Part shown: in pieces, positions 36,233 through 47,587 of the stretch
Layout of the letters: each line of letters starts with the position of its first letter
Position numbering within the stretch: position 1 is the first letter of the stretch
Assembly: GCF_026210795.1 (NCBI RefSeq)
Contig: NC_089435.1
Span: forward strand, 124,001-188,000
Direction of reading: 5' to 3'
Length of the DNA: 64,000 bases
Source: Rhizophagus irregularis
Taxonomy: Eukaryota
Notes under the pieces: generated by a model
Told to the model about the DNA's origin: nothing
The model's input: the letters and a program-made list of their open reading frames with translations, nothing else
Database searches by the model: none
Made by a program: the position numbers and the translations under genes

Positions 36233-36799
36233 CTACACTCGGACCAACAAATAAAAAGTGCAGATAATAAAAGTGAAACTAAAGCGATGAGAAGTAAAGT
36301 TATAATAAAAGGAAAATTAGTATCAATAATAATAGATTCAGGAGCATCAGTCAGTTTAATATCAGATAAATTAAGAAAAGAATTAAATATCCCAATAATA
36401 GAAAAGAGTGATATTAGATTTATAATGGCTAATGGAACAAGAGTTGCATCAAAAGGAAAAATAGAAATAACAATAGAAATAAATGAAAATACAGAAATGA
36501 AAATAATTATGGATGTAATTGAATCAGTAGAAAAAGAATTAATATTAGGAAATAATGTGTTAAGAGAAAAGAAAGGAATAATAGATTATAATGAAAAGAC
36601 ATTAATATTAAGAGAAGATGGAAAAGATATTGAAATACCAATAGAATATGAAAATAATGATGAAGATATTAATGATAATAATGATAGTAATGATAGTGAA
36701 GATGAAAATAGTGAAAATGAATATGAAGAAACAAGTGAACGAGAAATATATTTAATAAATAATGAGGAAAAAGGACATATTATAGAGGAAAACTATTAG
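36233..36799 (+). CDS. Retroviral-type aspartic protease, in frame with gag after a TGA
   Basis: Contains IIDSGASVSLIS and LILGNN. The frame is open from the gag stop (36230-36232) to TAG 36797-36799. Confidence 0.85.
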   Translation, partial: LHSDQQIKSADNKSETKAMRSKVIIKGKLVSIIIDSGASVSLISDKLRKELNIPIIEKSDIRFIMANGTRVASKGKIEITIEINENTEMKIIMDVIESVEKELILGNNVLREKKGIIDYNEKTLILREDGKDIEIPIEYENNDEDINDNNDSNDSEDENSENEYEETSEREIYLINNEEKGHIIEENY

Positions 36800-38294
36800 G
36801 TCTTGGCCATAATGATGGAGATACATTAAAGATGCACAAAGATTGGACAGACGAAATAAAATATAAAGATTTGGAGAAATTACAAGAGAAAGAATTAAAA
36901 GATTTAGTTAAAGAATATGAAGATATTTGTATATATGGAGATAAGAAAATAAGTAAAACAAATATAGTAAAATGCAATATAAGGTTAAAAGATGAAACGC
37001 CAATAAATCAAAAAGCATATAGAGAAAGTACAGAAAATAGAGAAATAATAAAAAGAAAAAAAGAAATAGATAAAATGTTAAAGGAAATAATAGAATAGAT
37101 AAAACGTTAAAAGAGGAAATAATACAAGAATCATGTAGTCCATGGTCATCACCAGTAGTAATAGTAAATAAGAAAACAGGAGATAAAAGATTTTGTATAG
37201 ATTTTAGAAAAATAAATCAAATGACGATAACAGACACATATCCTTTGCCAAGAATAAATGACTTATTAGAAAAATTTAGAGTAGCAAAATGGTTTACAAC
37301 AATTGATTTAGCAAGTGGATATTGGCAAATAGAGATGAAAGAGGAAGATAAAGAAAAGACAGCATTTATTTGTAGTCAAGGATTATATGAATTTAATGTT
37401 ATGCCATTTGGATTAAAAAATGCACCGGCAATATTTCAAAGAACAATGAATAAAATATTTAAAGAATACTTAGATAAATTTATGAATGTATACATAGATG
37501 ATATTATAATATATTCGAAAAATTGGAATGAACATTTACAACATATAAAAATAGTATTAGAAGAATTAAGAAAAGCGAATATGATGTTAAAGTTAAAGAA
37601 ATGTGAATGGGTGAAAAAGAATGTAGAATATTTGGGACATATAGTAGGAACAGATGGATTAAAACCAGATGATAAGAAAATAGAAAAGATTAAAAATTTA
37701 AAACCACCAAAGAATATCAAACAAATAAGAGAAATAAATGGATTATGTTCATATTATAGAAAATTTGTGAAAGGATATTCAAAAATAGTAAAACCAATAA
37801 TGGAATTAACGAGAAAGAATGTTCCTTTTGTGTGGACAGATAAACAACAAAAAGCATTAGAAGAGTTAAAAGAAAAATTAATAAATTATCCGATATTACA
37901 ACATCCAAATTTTGAAAAAGAATTTATATTAATAACAGATGCATCAGGAGAAGGATTAGGAGCTAAATTAGAACAATTAGATGAAAATAATAGAGAAATA
38001 GTTATTAGTTATGCGAGTAGAAGTTTAGTAAATGCAGAAAAGAGGTATCTAATAACAGAATTAGAATGTTTAGCAGTATTTTGGGGAATAAAATATTTTC
38101 ATAAATATTTATTTGGAAGAAAGTTTAAAGTAATAACAGACCATGCAGCATTAAAAGGATTTATAAGTACATCAAAAGTTCCTAAAGGAAGAAGAGGAAG
38201 ATGGATGATGGAATTACAACAATATGATTTTGAAATAATACATAAACCAAAAAAAGAAAATAAAAATGCTGATGCGATGTCAAGGTTAATATGA
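36787..38294 (+). pseudogene. pol: Reverse transcriptase - RNase H, broken by a local duplication near 37055-37115
   Basis: Motifs SPWSSPVVIV, RFCIDFRKIN, YPLPRI, DLASGYWQI, MPFGLKNAP, YIDD, TDASGEGLGA, ELECLAV, TDHAAL and ADAMSRL. Confidence 0.92.
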
Positions 38295-38490
38295 GAAAGA
38301 TAGAAGTTAAAAATAATAAATAGTAATAAATAACGAGATAAATAAAAATTAAAAATGGTTGAAAGGATAGGATTAGAAATATATGTATTCATAATTCATA
38401 CAAATATAAATTATCATTGCATATTATTTGAAGATAAAGAAATAAAATTTATTTTACCATTTGAAAACGAAATAGAAAATTTATTAACAA

Positions 38491-39703
38491 ATGGATGAAA
38501 AAGAATATGATAAAATTTTAAAGAATATAGAAAAAGAAGAAAAATACGTATAAGAAAATGGAGTTTTATATAAAATTAAAGATGAAAATAAGTTTAGAGT
38601 AATAAGAAGATTTGAATTAGAAGGAATAATGTATATGATGCATGATCATGAATTATCAGCACATTTTGGGATTCAAGCTACATATGAAAAAGTAAAAGAA
38701 AAATATTGGTGGAAAAATATGAAACGAGATGTAGAAAAATATGTAAAAAGTTGTGATAATTGTCAAAGAAGAAATAATCCACAAGGGTTACATGAATTAC
38801 ATCCAATAGAAGTAAAAGAACTTTTTCATATGATTGGAATAGATGTAATAGGACCATTACCAAGAACAGAAGAAGGAAATAAATATATAGTAGTAGCAAT
38901 AGATTTGGCCAGAAGCAAAAGCAATAAAAGAAGCAAATGCAAAAGAAATATCAAAATTTATTTATGAAGAGATAATTTGTCGACATGGATGTCCAAAGAA
39001 AATACTTACAGATAATGGATCAGAATTTAATAATCAATTAACTAAAAATCTTACAGAAAAATTTAATGTTCAACATAAATTCTCAACTCCTTATCACCCT
39101 AAAACAAATGGATTAATAGAACGATTTAATAAAACATTAATAGAATCATTAGCGAAATTAGTAAAAGAAAAATTAACGATATATAGAAATAGAGAATACA
39201 AAGATAAAAATTGGGATCAAAGAATAGCACCAATATTGTTTGCATATAGAAGTAAAATACAAAAATCAAGTAAAATGACACCATTTTATTTGACTTATGG
39301 AAGAAGAGTAATATTACCGAATGATGAAGAAGTTAAAGGAATTACAATGATTAAAAGAATAGAACATATAATAGAAGAATTACCAATAAAGAGATATGAA
39401 GCAAAGAAGAATATTGAAAAAGCACAAGAACAACAAAAGAAATATCATGACAAAATTGGAAAACGAAAACAAAACTTTCAAATAGGAGATAAAGTATTAT
39501 ATTTTGACGCAGCGAAATATAAAACACATACAGGAAAACTAGAAAAAAAATGGAAGGGACCATATTATATACATGAAGTAATAATAAATGGATCGTACAA
39601 AATTAAAGAATTAAATGGAAGAATTTTAAGAAGACCAGTAAATGGAGAATTATTAAAGGAATATTTTGATAGGGAAATATTTGAACCATATATAATAATA
39701 TAA
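38491..39703 (+). pseudogene. Gypsy integrase, apparently a separate ORF; broken
   Basis: H..H..C..C zinc finger (HDH..AHFG..CDNCQ), GIDVIGPLP, TDNGSEF, NGLIERFN and KLEKKWKGPY. ATG at 38491 follows the RNase H stop. Confidence 0.88.
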
Positions 39704-40239
39704 TATGTTTGAGACCCAAATTTGATTCTTAATTTATGGGATATAAATTTTTCAAGAGGAGGATAAATGTAATAACTGAAAATACGATAATATAGAATAA
39801 GGATAAATAATTAGCCAAAGGATAAATAATTAACCGATGGGTAAATAATTAGCCAATAAAATTATATTTATAGTTTAGTTTAGTGTAACAAGATAATCAT
39901 ATGATAATAGATCTTCAAATTTTATTAGAAAAAATAGAAGTATTAGAAATATTTTTTCTTAAAATGTATAAATACAAGTGGATTTCGATAGAAATTCTGC
40001 AGTTCAATTTTTTGGAAAATAAAAATTTTAGTTCGTCCTTAATAATAAACTAACACATTTTTTTAGCCTTTTTCTTATGAGTAAAAAGTGTCACATTAAT
40101 TATTTTTTTTTAATTAATAGTTTATTAATGTTTTATAACTAATTTTTATTTTAAACCAAGCATAGATGTTATACGAACTCAACACGTTGGTAGCAACATA
40201 CAATATTTTATTTTAATATCCTATGGGTAGCGTGTCATA

Positions 40240-41499
40240 GCGGAATATTTGTGGAATTGCTGAATAGTTGCGAATTTGTGGAATATCTGCAAAAAAAACT
40301 AATTTTTTTTTTAATGAAATATAATTTTTTAATTTAACTACTAAAAAATATATTTCCTTTTATTATTAAAAATTGAAACGCCAGAACCAATAGTTCTGGC
40401 ATTTTTAATAAAAAAAGTCAAAAAAAATGCCAGAACCTATAGTTCCAGTAAAAACGTCAAGACTTATAGTTCTGGCATTTTTATATAAAAAAATTTAAAA
40501 AAAATGCTGAAACCTATTGTCCTGGTGTTTTTATATAAAAAATAATTTAAAAAATGCTAGAACTCATAGTTCCAGTGTTTTTACATGAAAAAAATTAAAA
40601 AAAAATCAAAAGAAAATACCAGAACTATAGTTTTGGCGTTTTTATGTAAAAAAAATCAAAAGAAAATGCTGGAACTATAGTTCCGGCGTTTTTATGTAAA
40701 AAAAATCAAAAGAAAACGCTAGAACTATAGTTCTGGCATTTTTATGTAAAAAAAAATTAAAGAAAATGCCGGAAATGGTTCTGGCATTTTTATATAAAAA
40801 AATCAAAAGAAAATACCAGAACCATAGTACCGACATTTTTATGTGAAAAAAATTAAAAGAAAACACCAGAACTATAGCTAGTTCCAACATTTTTATGTGA
40901 AAAAAATCAAAAGAAAATGCCGGAACTATAATTCCAGCATTTTTATGTAAAAAAATCAAAAGAAAATGCCAGAACCATAGTTCTGGCATTTTTATGTAAA
41001 AAAATCAAAAGAAAACGTTAAAACCATAGGGGCCTCCAGCGTTTTTACGTAAAATCTTAAAAGAAAACGCCGGAACCATAGTACCGGCATTTTTATGTGA
41101 AAAAAATCAAAAGAAAATGCTGGAATCATAGTACCGGCATTTTTATGTAAAAAATCAAAAGAAAACATCAGAACCATAATTCCAGCGTTTTTATGTAAAA
41201 AAAATTAAAAGAAAATGCCAGAACCATAGTACTGGTGTTTTTATGTAGCTGGAATTCATAGTTCTGGCATTTTTATGTAAAAAAAAATCAAAAGAAAATG
41301 CCAGAACCTATAGTTCCGGCATTTTTATGTAAAAAAAAATTAAAAGAAAACGCCAGAACCCATAGTTCTGGCATTTTTATAAATGTACGAAACTGACAGT
41401 TATAGGCAGCAATTAGAATTGCAGAATTGTGAGCTACTAACCACAATTCAACTCCAAATTCTGCAATATTGCAGAATTTAAAAATTATTTGCGGACCTA
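40240..41499. mobile_element. hAT-like non-autonomous element with ~49-bp palindromic tandem array; left end removed at the Gypsy 3' LTR
   Basis: About 20 units of AAAAGAAAATGCCAGAACCATAGTTCTGGCATTTTTATGTAAAAAAATC (40370-41380). The right end ...TTTGCGGACCTA (YAG-type) has GCAGAATT/GCGGAAT subterminal motifs. Confidence 0.7.
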
Positions 41500-42068
41500 T
41501 CCTTACTTGTGGGATGTATTTTTGTATATTAAAGCATCAGGATTCTTAATCTAAAGGAAGTGTTCTTCTGACTGTACTTTCTTTCATCCAATTTTGTAAT
41601 ATCTGTAAAAGCCATGAGGTGAATGATATGCTGACAGTTGTAATTCTTACTTGCAATAACAGGTTTTGGAATTCCAGTTTTCCTCTTCCATTTTCATACA
41701 TTAATGGAGATCTCAGGATTGAAGTCTTCAATCTTGCTAAATATACGTAGACAAACAGGAGTGGGTATGAGAATGGCATTGAGATTGACTTGTTCCAAGT
41801 ATGGCTCAAATTTTTCTGCCCGAAAGATTTGCTCAAGTTTTTGTGTATATCCATCTTTATATGCAAAGTAAGCACCTAAAGCCCCTTGCAAACATTTTTC
41901 AGAGGTAAGTCTATATCTGGATTTATGAGATATTTGTTATCCGGATTAATAGTACACTTCTTATTTGCAAGTGCCTTGGGTGTGAGAATGTATGAGCCTC
42001 CTTCTGCTCAATGGTAAGTACACGTCTCAATATTTAATACATCTATACTAACAATTTTCCAACCAGAC

Positions 42069-43539
42069 AGGACCCCGGAAAATGCTTATATATGTAAGGT
42101 ACCAAGGTGCTTAGCCAACATAGAAAAATTTTATGATGTAAGAATTTTATAATGCTTAATTTTAAGAAAATTTTATACTATGTAAGATAATTAAATTGCA
42201 TATTTTTGGTATTATTTTAAAGAGTAAATTTATTCATCGCACGTGCGATGCATCGCCACTTTCCTTTTTTGTAAATTATTTATGTTGATCAACCTGCTTA
42301 TACATCGCCACCCCCCTTAAAATGGCAATGATAAACATAAAAATTTGCATCGCACGTGCGATAAATAAATTATTTCTATTTTAAAATACTAAGAGTTTCT
42401 AGTTGCTTATTTTTCATATTTATAGAACTTTTTAAATTATTATATATTGAATTTATAATTAATTTTTATTTATTTTCACTAACGGTAAGTGTTAATTTTG
42501 TACTATATTTCACGATTTTATATAAATATATAAACAAAAATTTTTTTTGATGGAATTTCAGTTTTTTTTTTTAATTATCTTTCAATAGTATCTTTTTAAT
42601 TTTTATTAAACTCAGTGTATTATTTTTAATATAAAATTACTATATTATACATGTTTATTTTGTTAAATAAAATTACTGTAAATATGTTTTACTTTAAAAT
42701 ATAATTTCACTACTTACCACTTTGGTTATATCAAATTATCTTTTATGCTTAAGTAAGGTTATTCAGCAAGTTAAATCTACTTGTATTTTAATTTTCATAA
42801 GGCTAAGTATGATATTTATATAGAAAAGCATATTTTTTTTAATGGTAATAACTTTTAAATTTTTCACTTTTTTGTTTATAACTTCAGAGCGTAATTACAC
42901 CACTTCAGTCAAATGAAATCGACTTTCTAAATTAATTGAAAGTTGTTCAACAAGGTCGAAACTACTTATATATTAATTTTTATGAGTGTGGGTATAATAC
43001 TTATGTAGAAAAGTGCATTTTTCATAACGGTACTAACTTCTGAATTTTTCATTTATCCGTTTACAACTTCAGAGCGTAATTACACCCCTTTGGTCAAATG
43101 AAATCGACTTTCTAAATTAATTGAAAATTGTTCAGTAAGGTCGAAACTACCTACATATTAATTTTTATGGGTGTAAGTATAATACTTATGGAGAAATTTA
43201 CATTTTTTGTAATAGTATTAATTTCGAATTTTTCTCTTACTATTTATTAACTTTATTAATTGAATATTATTAATCTACTTGTATATTATGTTTAGTTTAG
43301 CTTCACAACATATTTAAAATTGGATTTAATAAAATATATTAATTAATAAATATATTTTATAAATTATATGTGTTATAATAAAAATTTAATTAGGTTAGAA
43401 GATTGATTTGCTTATTTTTATATAATTTTTAAGGTTAGATATCAACAATGCTTAGCGATCATAGTAAAAACCTGTGCTTAGAGCTACTAATAAAAAATAT
43501 TTTTGGGACCTTACCTATATAAGTATTTTCTGGGGTCCT
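42069..43539. mobile_element. AGGACCC-ended TIR element, copy 2 (inverted relative to 29467-30786)
   Basis: Same TIR, TSD AACCAGAC / AATCAGAC (one mismatch), collinear in reverse with copy 1. Confidence 0.9.
42222..42376. mobile_element. 155-bp MULE-type MITE nested in copy 2
   Basis: TIRs contain ATCGCACGTGCGAT and there is a 9-bp TSD TATTTTAAA. Copy 1 has the empty site near 30635. Confidence 0.88.
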
Positions 43540-44431
43540 AATCAGACCCTCCTTTCATAAATTAGACAATTTTATCTCCAATTTTCACTGCTGTCATCAT
43601 TAAATGACCATCTATATCATTTTTTAAAAGAAGTATATGTATAATTAGTAAGCTTATCGATCCATGAAATAAATGATAGATCAATTTCTACCGATACTTC
43701 TTGATAAATTATTACAATATCGGACTATTATTATACAAATATCAATAAACTATTAGTTTATTAGTTTACTGATAATTGTATTAAATTTTAATGATATATT
43801 TTAAGAAATTGTATTATAACCATTAAAACATGTGTATAATTTTTAAAATGGTCAATCAGTGCCATATTGGGATCCTGATATTCACCTGATTGCTTATATG
43901 GGTTTTTTGCTAGGAAAATGACCTTCTGAGACTAGATTTTAGATTTTAAGTAAATGGTAATTGAAAATTCTATCAAAAATTAAGACCAATAAAATTTGTT
44001 TCTAAATTTATCTACATCACGTGATAATGATCGGCTATGTAGATCATTTCCATTTTTGGCGATACCCGTTCCACAAAAAATGATTTTCCTGAAAATAAAA
44101 TTAACCTTTTTTGGAAATTTGTGTAACATTTTCTACATAAAAGGAAATGATCTGCAAAAAATTTTGGCCGGAGTTATAAATTTGGCCCGAATTATAATAT
44201 CCACTAGTGTAGGCCAAAACGGAATTGTTATTATCAAATCACATGACACTATTTTTTACCTGATACGAGTTTTGCTAGGAAAATGACCTTCTGAGATATT
44301 GTTACACAAGTTACACAAAATTTGTATATTTAATTTATTAACCAATCAGAAAATGCAATATCACATCATTGTACAAAAAATTCTTGGCAAAATAAATTTA
44401 GCGTTAAAAAATTTTTAAAAAATAAATAAAT

Positions 44432-46738
44432 ATGCAGAATGATGTTTTATAACTAAAATAGTATTCTTTTTGCACCTCATATTTATAAGCATAATTTGCC
44501 CCCTTTTTTTTTAATAATTTTTTTTTTAAAAAAAACAATAATGACGTTAAGACCATTTTATAATTTAGTTCAGTTAGGTTTAGATGAATATGAAGATAAT
44601 GAACTAGTATTAAATATTGTACATGACTTAACCCAATTTTTTGAACAAAAATTGCACATGTCGTCATTCTAAAAAGCAAAAGGATTTGCGAACTTGTTAT
44701 GAAAAAGTTGGGTTTAAACATTTTTTTGAACGATATATTGAATTAAAAAGTTTAGATAAAAAAGAATTAGAGTTAGTTATCAAAGCTCAACTTATGGTAT
44801 TTGAAATAACTAATGAAAAATCAGATAATACTAATTCAAATACACAAAGATATAGATATTGTTATAATGCTTCTTTGCCTTTACGTAAACCAGCATTTTT
44901 AAAATTATGTGGAATTAATGATTATTTACTTGGTACTTTACAAAATCATTTACATACAGAAGGATTAAGTGAGCGATATTCATGGAAATATAGGACGTAT
45001 ACCTAGACTGACAATAGAGTCTTCCTTAATTCTGAGATTACATTTCCATTAAAACAATTTTTAGTTCAATATAGCTGTATTCATGGTTTACCCTCTCCAT
45101 TACGACATAGAAATGATTCCAATACATTTATTTATCTTCCTACCTGATAGAACATATACTTCTGTTTATAAAGAATACAAAGATTATTATTATACTGAAC
45201 ATGATGAATCAAACCAAATAATTTCTTATTATACTTTTCGGAGACTTTGGATTGAAATGATGCCATATCTTAAGTTTCAAGCACCAGCAAGTGATCTTTG
45301 TGAAATTTGTGAGGGATTTAAGGCTAAAATAAAAGTAGCAAAATCTGATGCGGATGAACGCATGAAAAGTTGAAATTCAATATGAGAATCATCAAAAATT
45401 AGCAAAACTTCGAACGTCAGCATTATAATGATAATATTGAGAAAAGTAAGAATGATTTAACTATTGCACATGTATGCTATGACTGGGCGCAAAATGTTTT
45501 TATACCATATTCGCACAACAAGTTAGTTCCATTTACTTTAAATCAGCTTTTTCTGTGCATCTTTTTGGAGTTCCAGAAACTGAATAAGGCAAAATCATCA
45601 ATTGAATTTTGTAATTGGAGGAGGGATCGGAAAAGATTCGATTAAAATCGAAACTATCGAAAATCAATAAGAATTGATTTTAAATCGAATCTCGAATAAA
45701 AATCGAATCTACTTATTGTGGCGCAGTTTCGTTAATTTGACCGTAAATTATTATTTGTTCATAATAGTTAATTTTGGCCAAATTCGATAATTCCGCCCGC
45801 GAATCACGTGACGGAACACAAACTTCCTAAAAAGGAAATTTTATCTCCCAATAAAATTCAAGTTGCCATCGCACAAGGTTGTATAAATTTCCAAAAACGG
45901 AAATTTGTTTGTCGATCACTGTAATTTTTTGTAATCACGTGATATGTGTTTAAACACACCTATTATAAATAGTATAAAAAAAAATCGGTATTTGCGAAAC
46001 GATTAATCGCGATTAATCGATTTTAGAATCGATTCTAGTAATGGGAATCGATTCCAATCCCTAAATTGGAGAGAATGAACTTCCAAAGGTACTTCTAAAG
46101 GTGCTAATACAACGATAAATATGGTATACAATTCACTTCAAAAATTTGCTCAGAATGGAAAAAAACATTTACAAATTACTTGTGATAACTGCACTGGGCA
46201 GAATAAAAACAATTTATCGCTTTGGTTTTGGTCCTGGTTGGTTATGCTTAATTGGTATGAAGATATTACGGTTAATTTTATGATTAGTCATACAAAATTC
46301 ATATATGACTCATTTTTTGGTCGTATTAAAAAAGTATATTGGAAGCATAAAGTTAATACTATTAATGATGTTAAAAACATTATAAATAATTCATCAAACG
46401 GTAATGAAGCAATTTTATATGATAACGGAATAAATTGGAATTGGTACGATTTTAGTGCATTTTTTAAGAATCATTTTGTACCTCTCCCTAATATAACACA
46501 ATTCCATCATTTTCGTTTTAGCTCTGAAGATATTGGTAAAGTATATGCATCAAAAGAATCCGGTGGTGTAGAATCATGTTATAAATTATTAAAAAGTGAT
46601 AATTTTAATAAAAATAGTAAACCTGATTTAATTACTACTGTATCTTTAACAGAAGAATGACAAAATTACTTATATTCAAAAATTTGACAATACGTTGATG
46701 AACCTTACAAAGATGAGTATTGTGCAAAACCAAAATAA
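44432..46738 (+). pseudogene. Sola-like DDD transposase, multiply frameshifted and interrupted by a MITE
   Basis: Motifs SDLCEIC, CYDWAQN, TCDNCTGQNKNN and NFMISHTKFIYDSFFGRIKK. The start position is approximate. Confidence 0.75.
45621..46063. mobile_element. 443-bp hAT-type MITE inside the Sola transposase
   Basis: Ends GAGGGATCGGAA / TTCCAATCCCTA, 8-bp TSD AATTGGAG, AATCGA subterminal motifs. Confidence 0.85.
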
Positions 46739-46825
46739 TTATAATTTAAAAATAAAAAAATAAAAATTTAATTTATTAAACTTTAAAATGATTATAAATA
46801 ATTTAAGTATGAAATAAAATTATTG

Positions 46826-47587
46826 CTGTAGTATAAAAGAAACGTCAATAACGTTTCTTAAAGTTAATTTTGAATAAACACCCCTATTACAATTTACTCA
46901 AGATCTTCAAGACTATTTAAAAAGAAAGAAGAAAAAAAATATTAATATCATTCCTAGAGAAAAAAACAAAAAAAAGAATTTACTCACCATTTCAAAGTCA
47001 AAGGCTAAAATCCAGTCCAAGAAGGTCGTCCCTAAAGAGGAAGAAGAAAAAGAACGTTAATATCGTTCCTGAAGTAAAAAAAAAATAAAAAAATAATTTG
47101 CTTACCATTTCAAAGTTCAAGGCCAACATCCATTCCAAGAAGGTCGTCCCTAAAGAGTAAGAAGAAAAAAAGCGTTAATATTATCGTTCCTGTGAGTAAA
47201 AAACAAAAAAAAATAATTTACTCACCATTTCGTGCAAGGCTAAAATCCATTCCAAGAAGGTCGTCTCTAAAGAGGAAGAAGAAAAAGAACGTTAATATCA
47301 TTCCTGAAGTAAAAAAAAAACAAAACAAAAATAATTCGTTTACCATTTCAAAGTTCAAGGCCAAAATCCAGTCCAAGAAGGTCGCCCCTAAAGAGAAAGA
47401 AGAAAAGAAACGTTAATATTATCTTTCCCGGAGTAAAAAAAAACAAAAAAAAAATAATTCACTTACTATTTTAAAGTTCAAGGCCGAAATTCAGTCTAAA
47501 AAGACCGAAAATATAAAAAAAAGTTTCAGAATATTAAAAAAAAAATAGATGATCAATCCAAACAAATCTATAAAATAAGCTGCATAC
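46826..47587 (-). repeat. Tandem ~119-bp intron + mini-exon array inside the 3' part of the Sola element, antisense to the transposase
   Basis: Minus-strand introns 47388-47466 (GTAAGT), 47267-47343 (GTAAAC), 47150-47225 (GTGAGT), 47032-47105 (GTAAGC), 46913-46987 (GTGAGT) and 46826-46897 (GTAAAT). Each has a TTAAC/TTAAT/TTGAC branch motif, a pyrimidine tract and YAG. Exons are 44, 41, 44, 44 and 15 nt. Confidence 0.8.

Larger units (their letters stand above)
31072..40239 (+). mobile_element. Ty3/Gypsy LTR retrotransposon family B, two LTRs, degenerate
   Basis: 5' LTR 31072-31516 (TGTAATAAC...GTCACA), PBS TGGTGCATGCTC at 31521, domain order gag-PR-RT-RH-IN, PPT AAGAGGAGGATAAA at 39754-39767 and 3' LTR 39768-40239 (ends ..GTCATA). 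The flanks do not form a TSD. Confidence 0.95.
41500..43640 (-). pseudogene. Fragment of a Polinton/Maverick-like (protein-primed family B) DNA polymerase N-terminal region, split by the 42069-43539 element
   Basis: Joining across the insertion gives MKGGSGWKIVSIDVLNIE..GGSYILTPKALANKKCTINPDN..CLQGALGAY..FSKIEDFNPEISINVY..HIIHL. This resembles the GSGW/GSYI..KK..IN..C..FE..N..INV pattern of Polinton-type PolB proteins. No catalytic motifs are present. Confidence 0.6.

Noticed and set aside
40370..41380. CRISPR-like or coding repeat (ORFs 40675-40989 and 40992-41177)
   Set aside because: This is a plain ~49-bp palindromic tandem array without unique spacers, and the ORFs are by-products of the repeat.
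44880..45600. Programmed frameshifting in the Sola transposase (and in the 62.5-64 kb gene)
   Set aside because: Multiple scattered single-base indels without slippery context are better explained by decay or sequencing/assembly error.
47192..47416. Lys-rich 74-aa ORF
   Set aside because: It is the antisense read of the pyrimidine tracts of the intron array.
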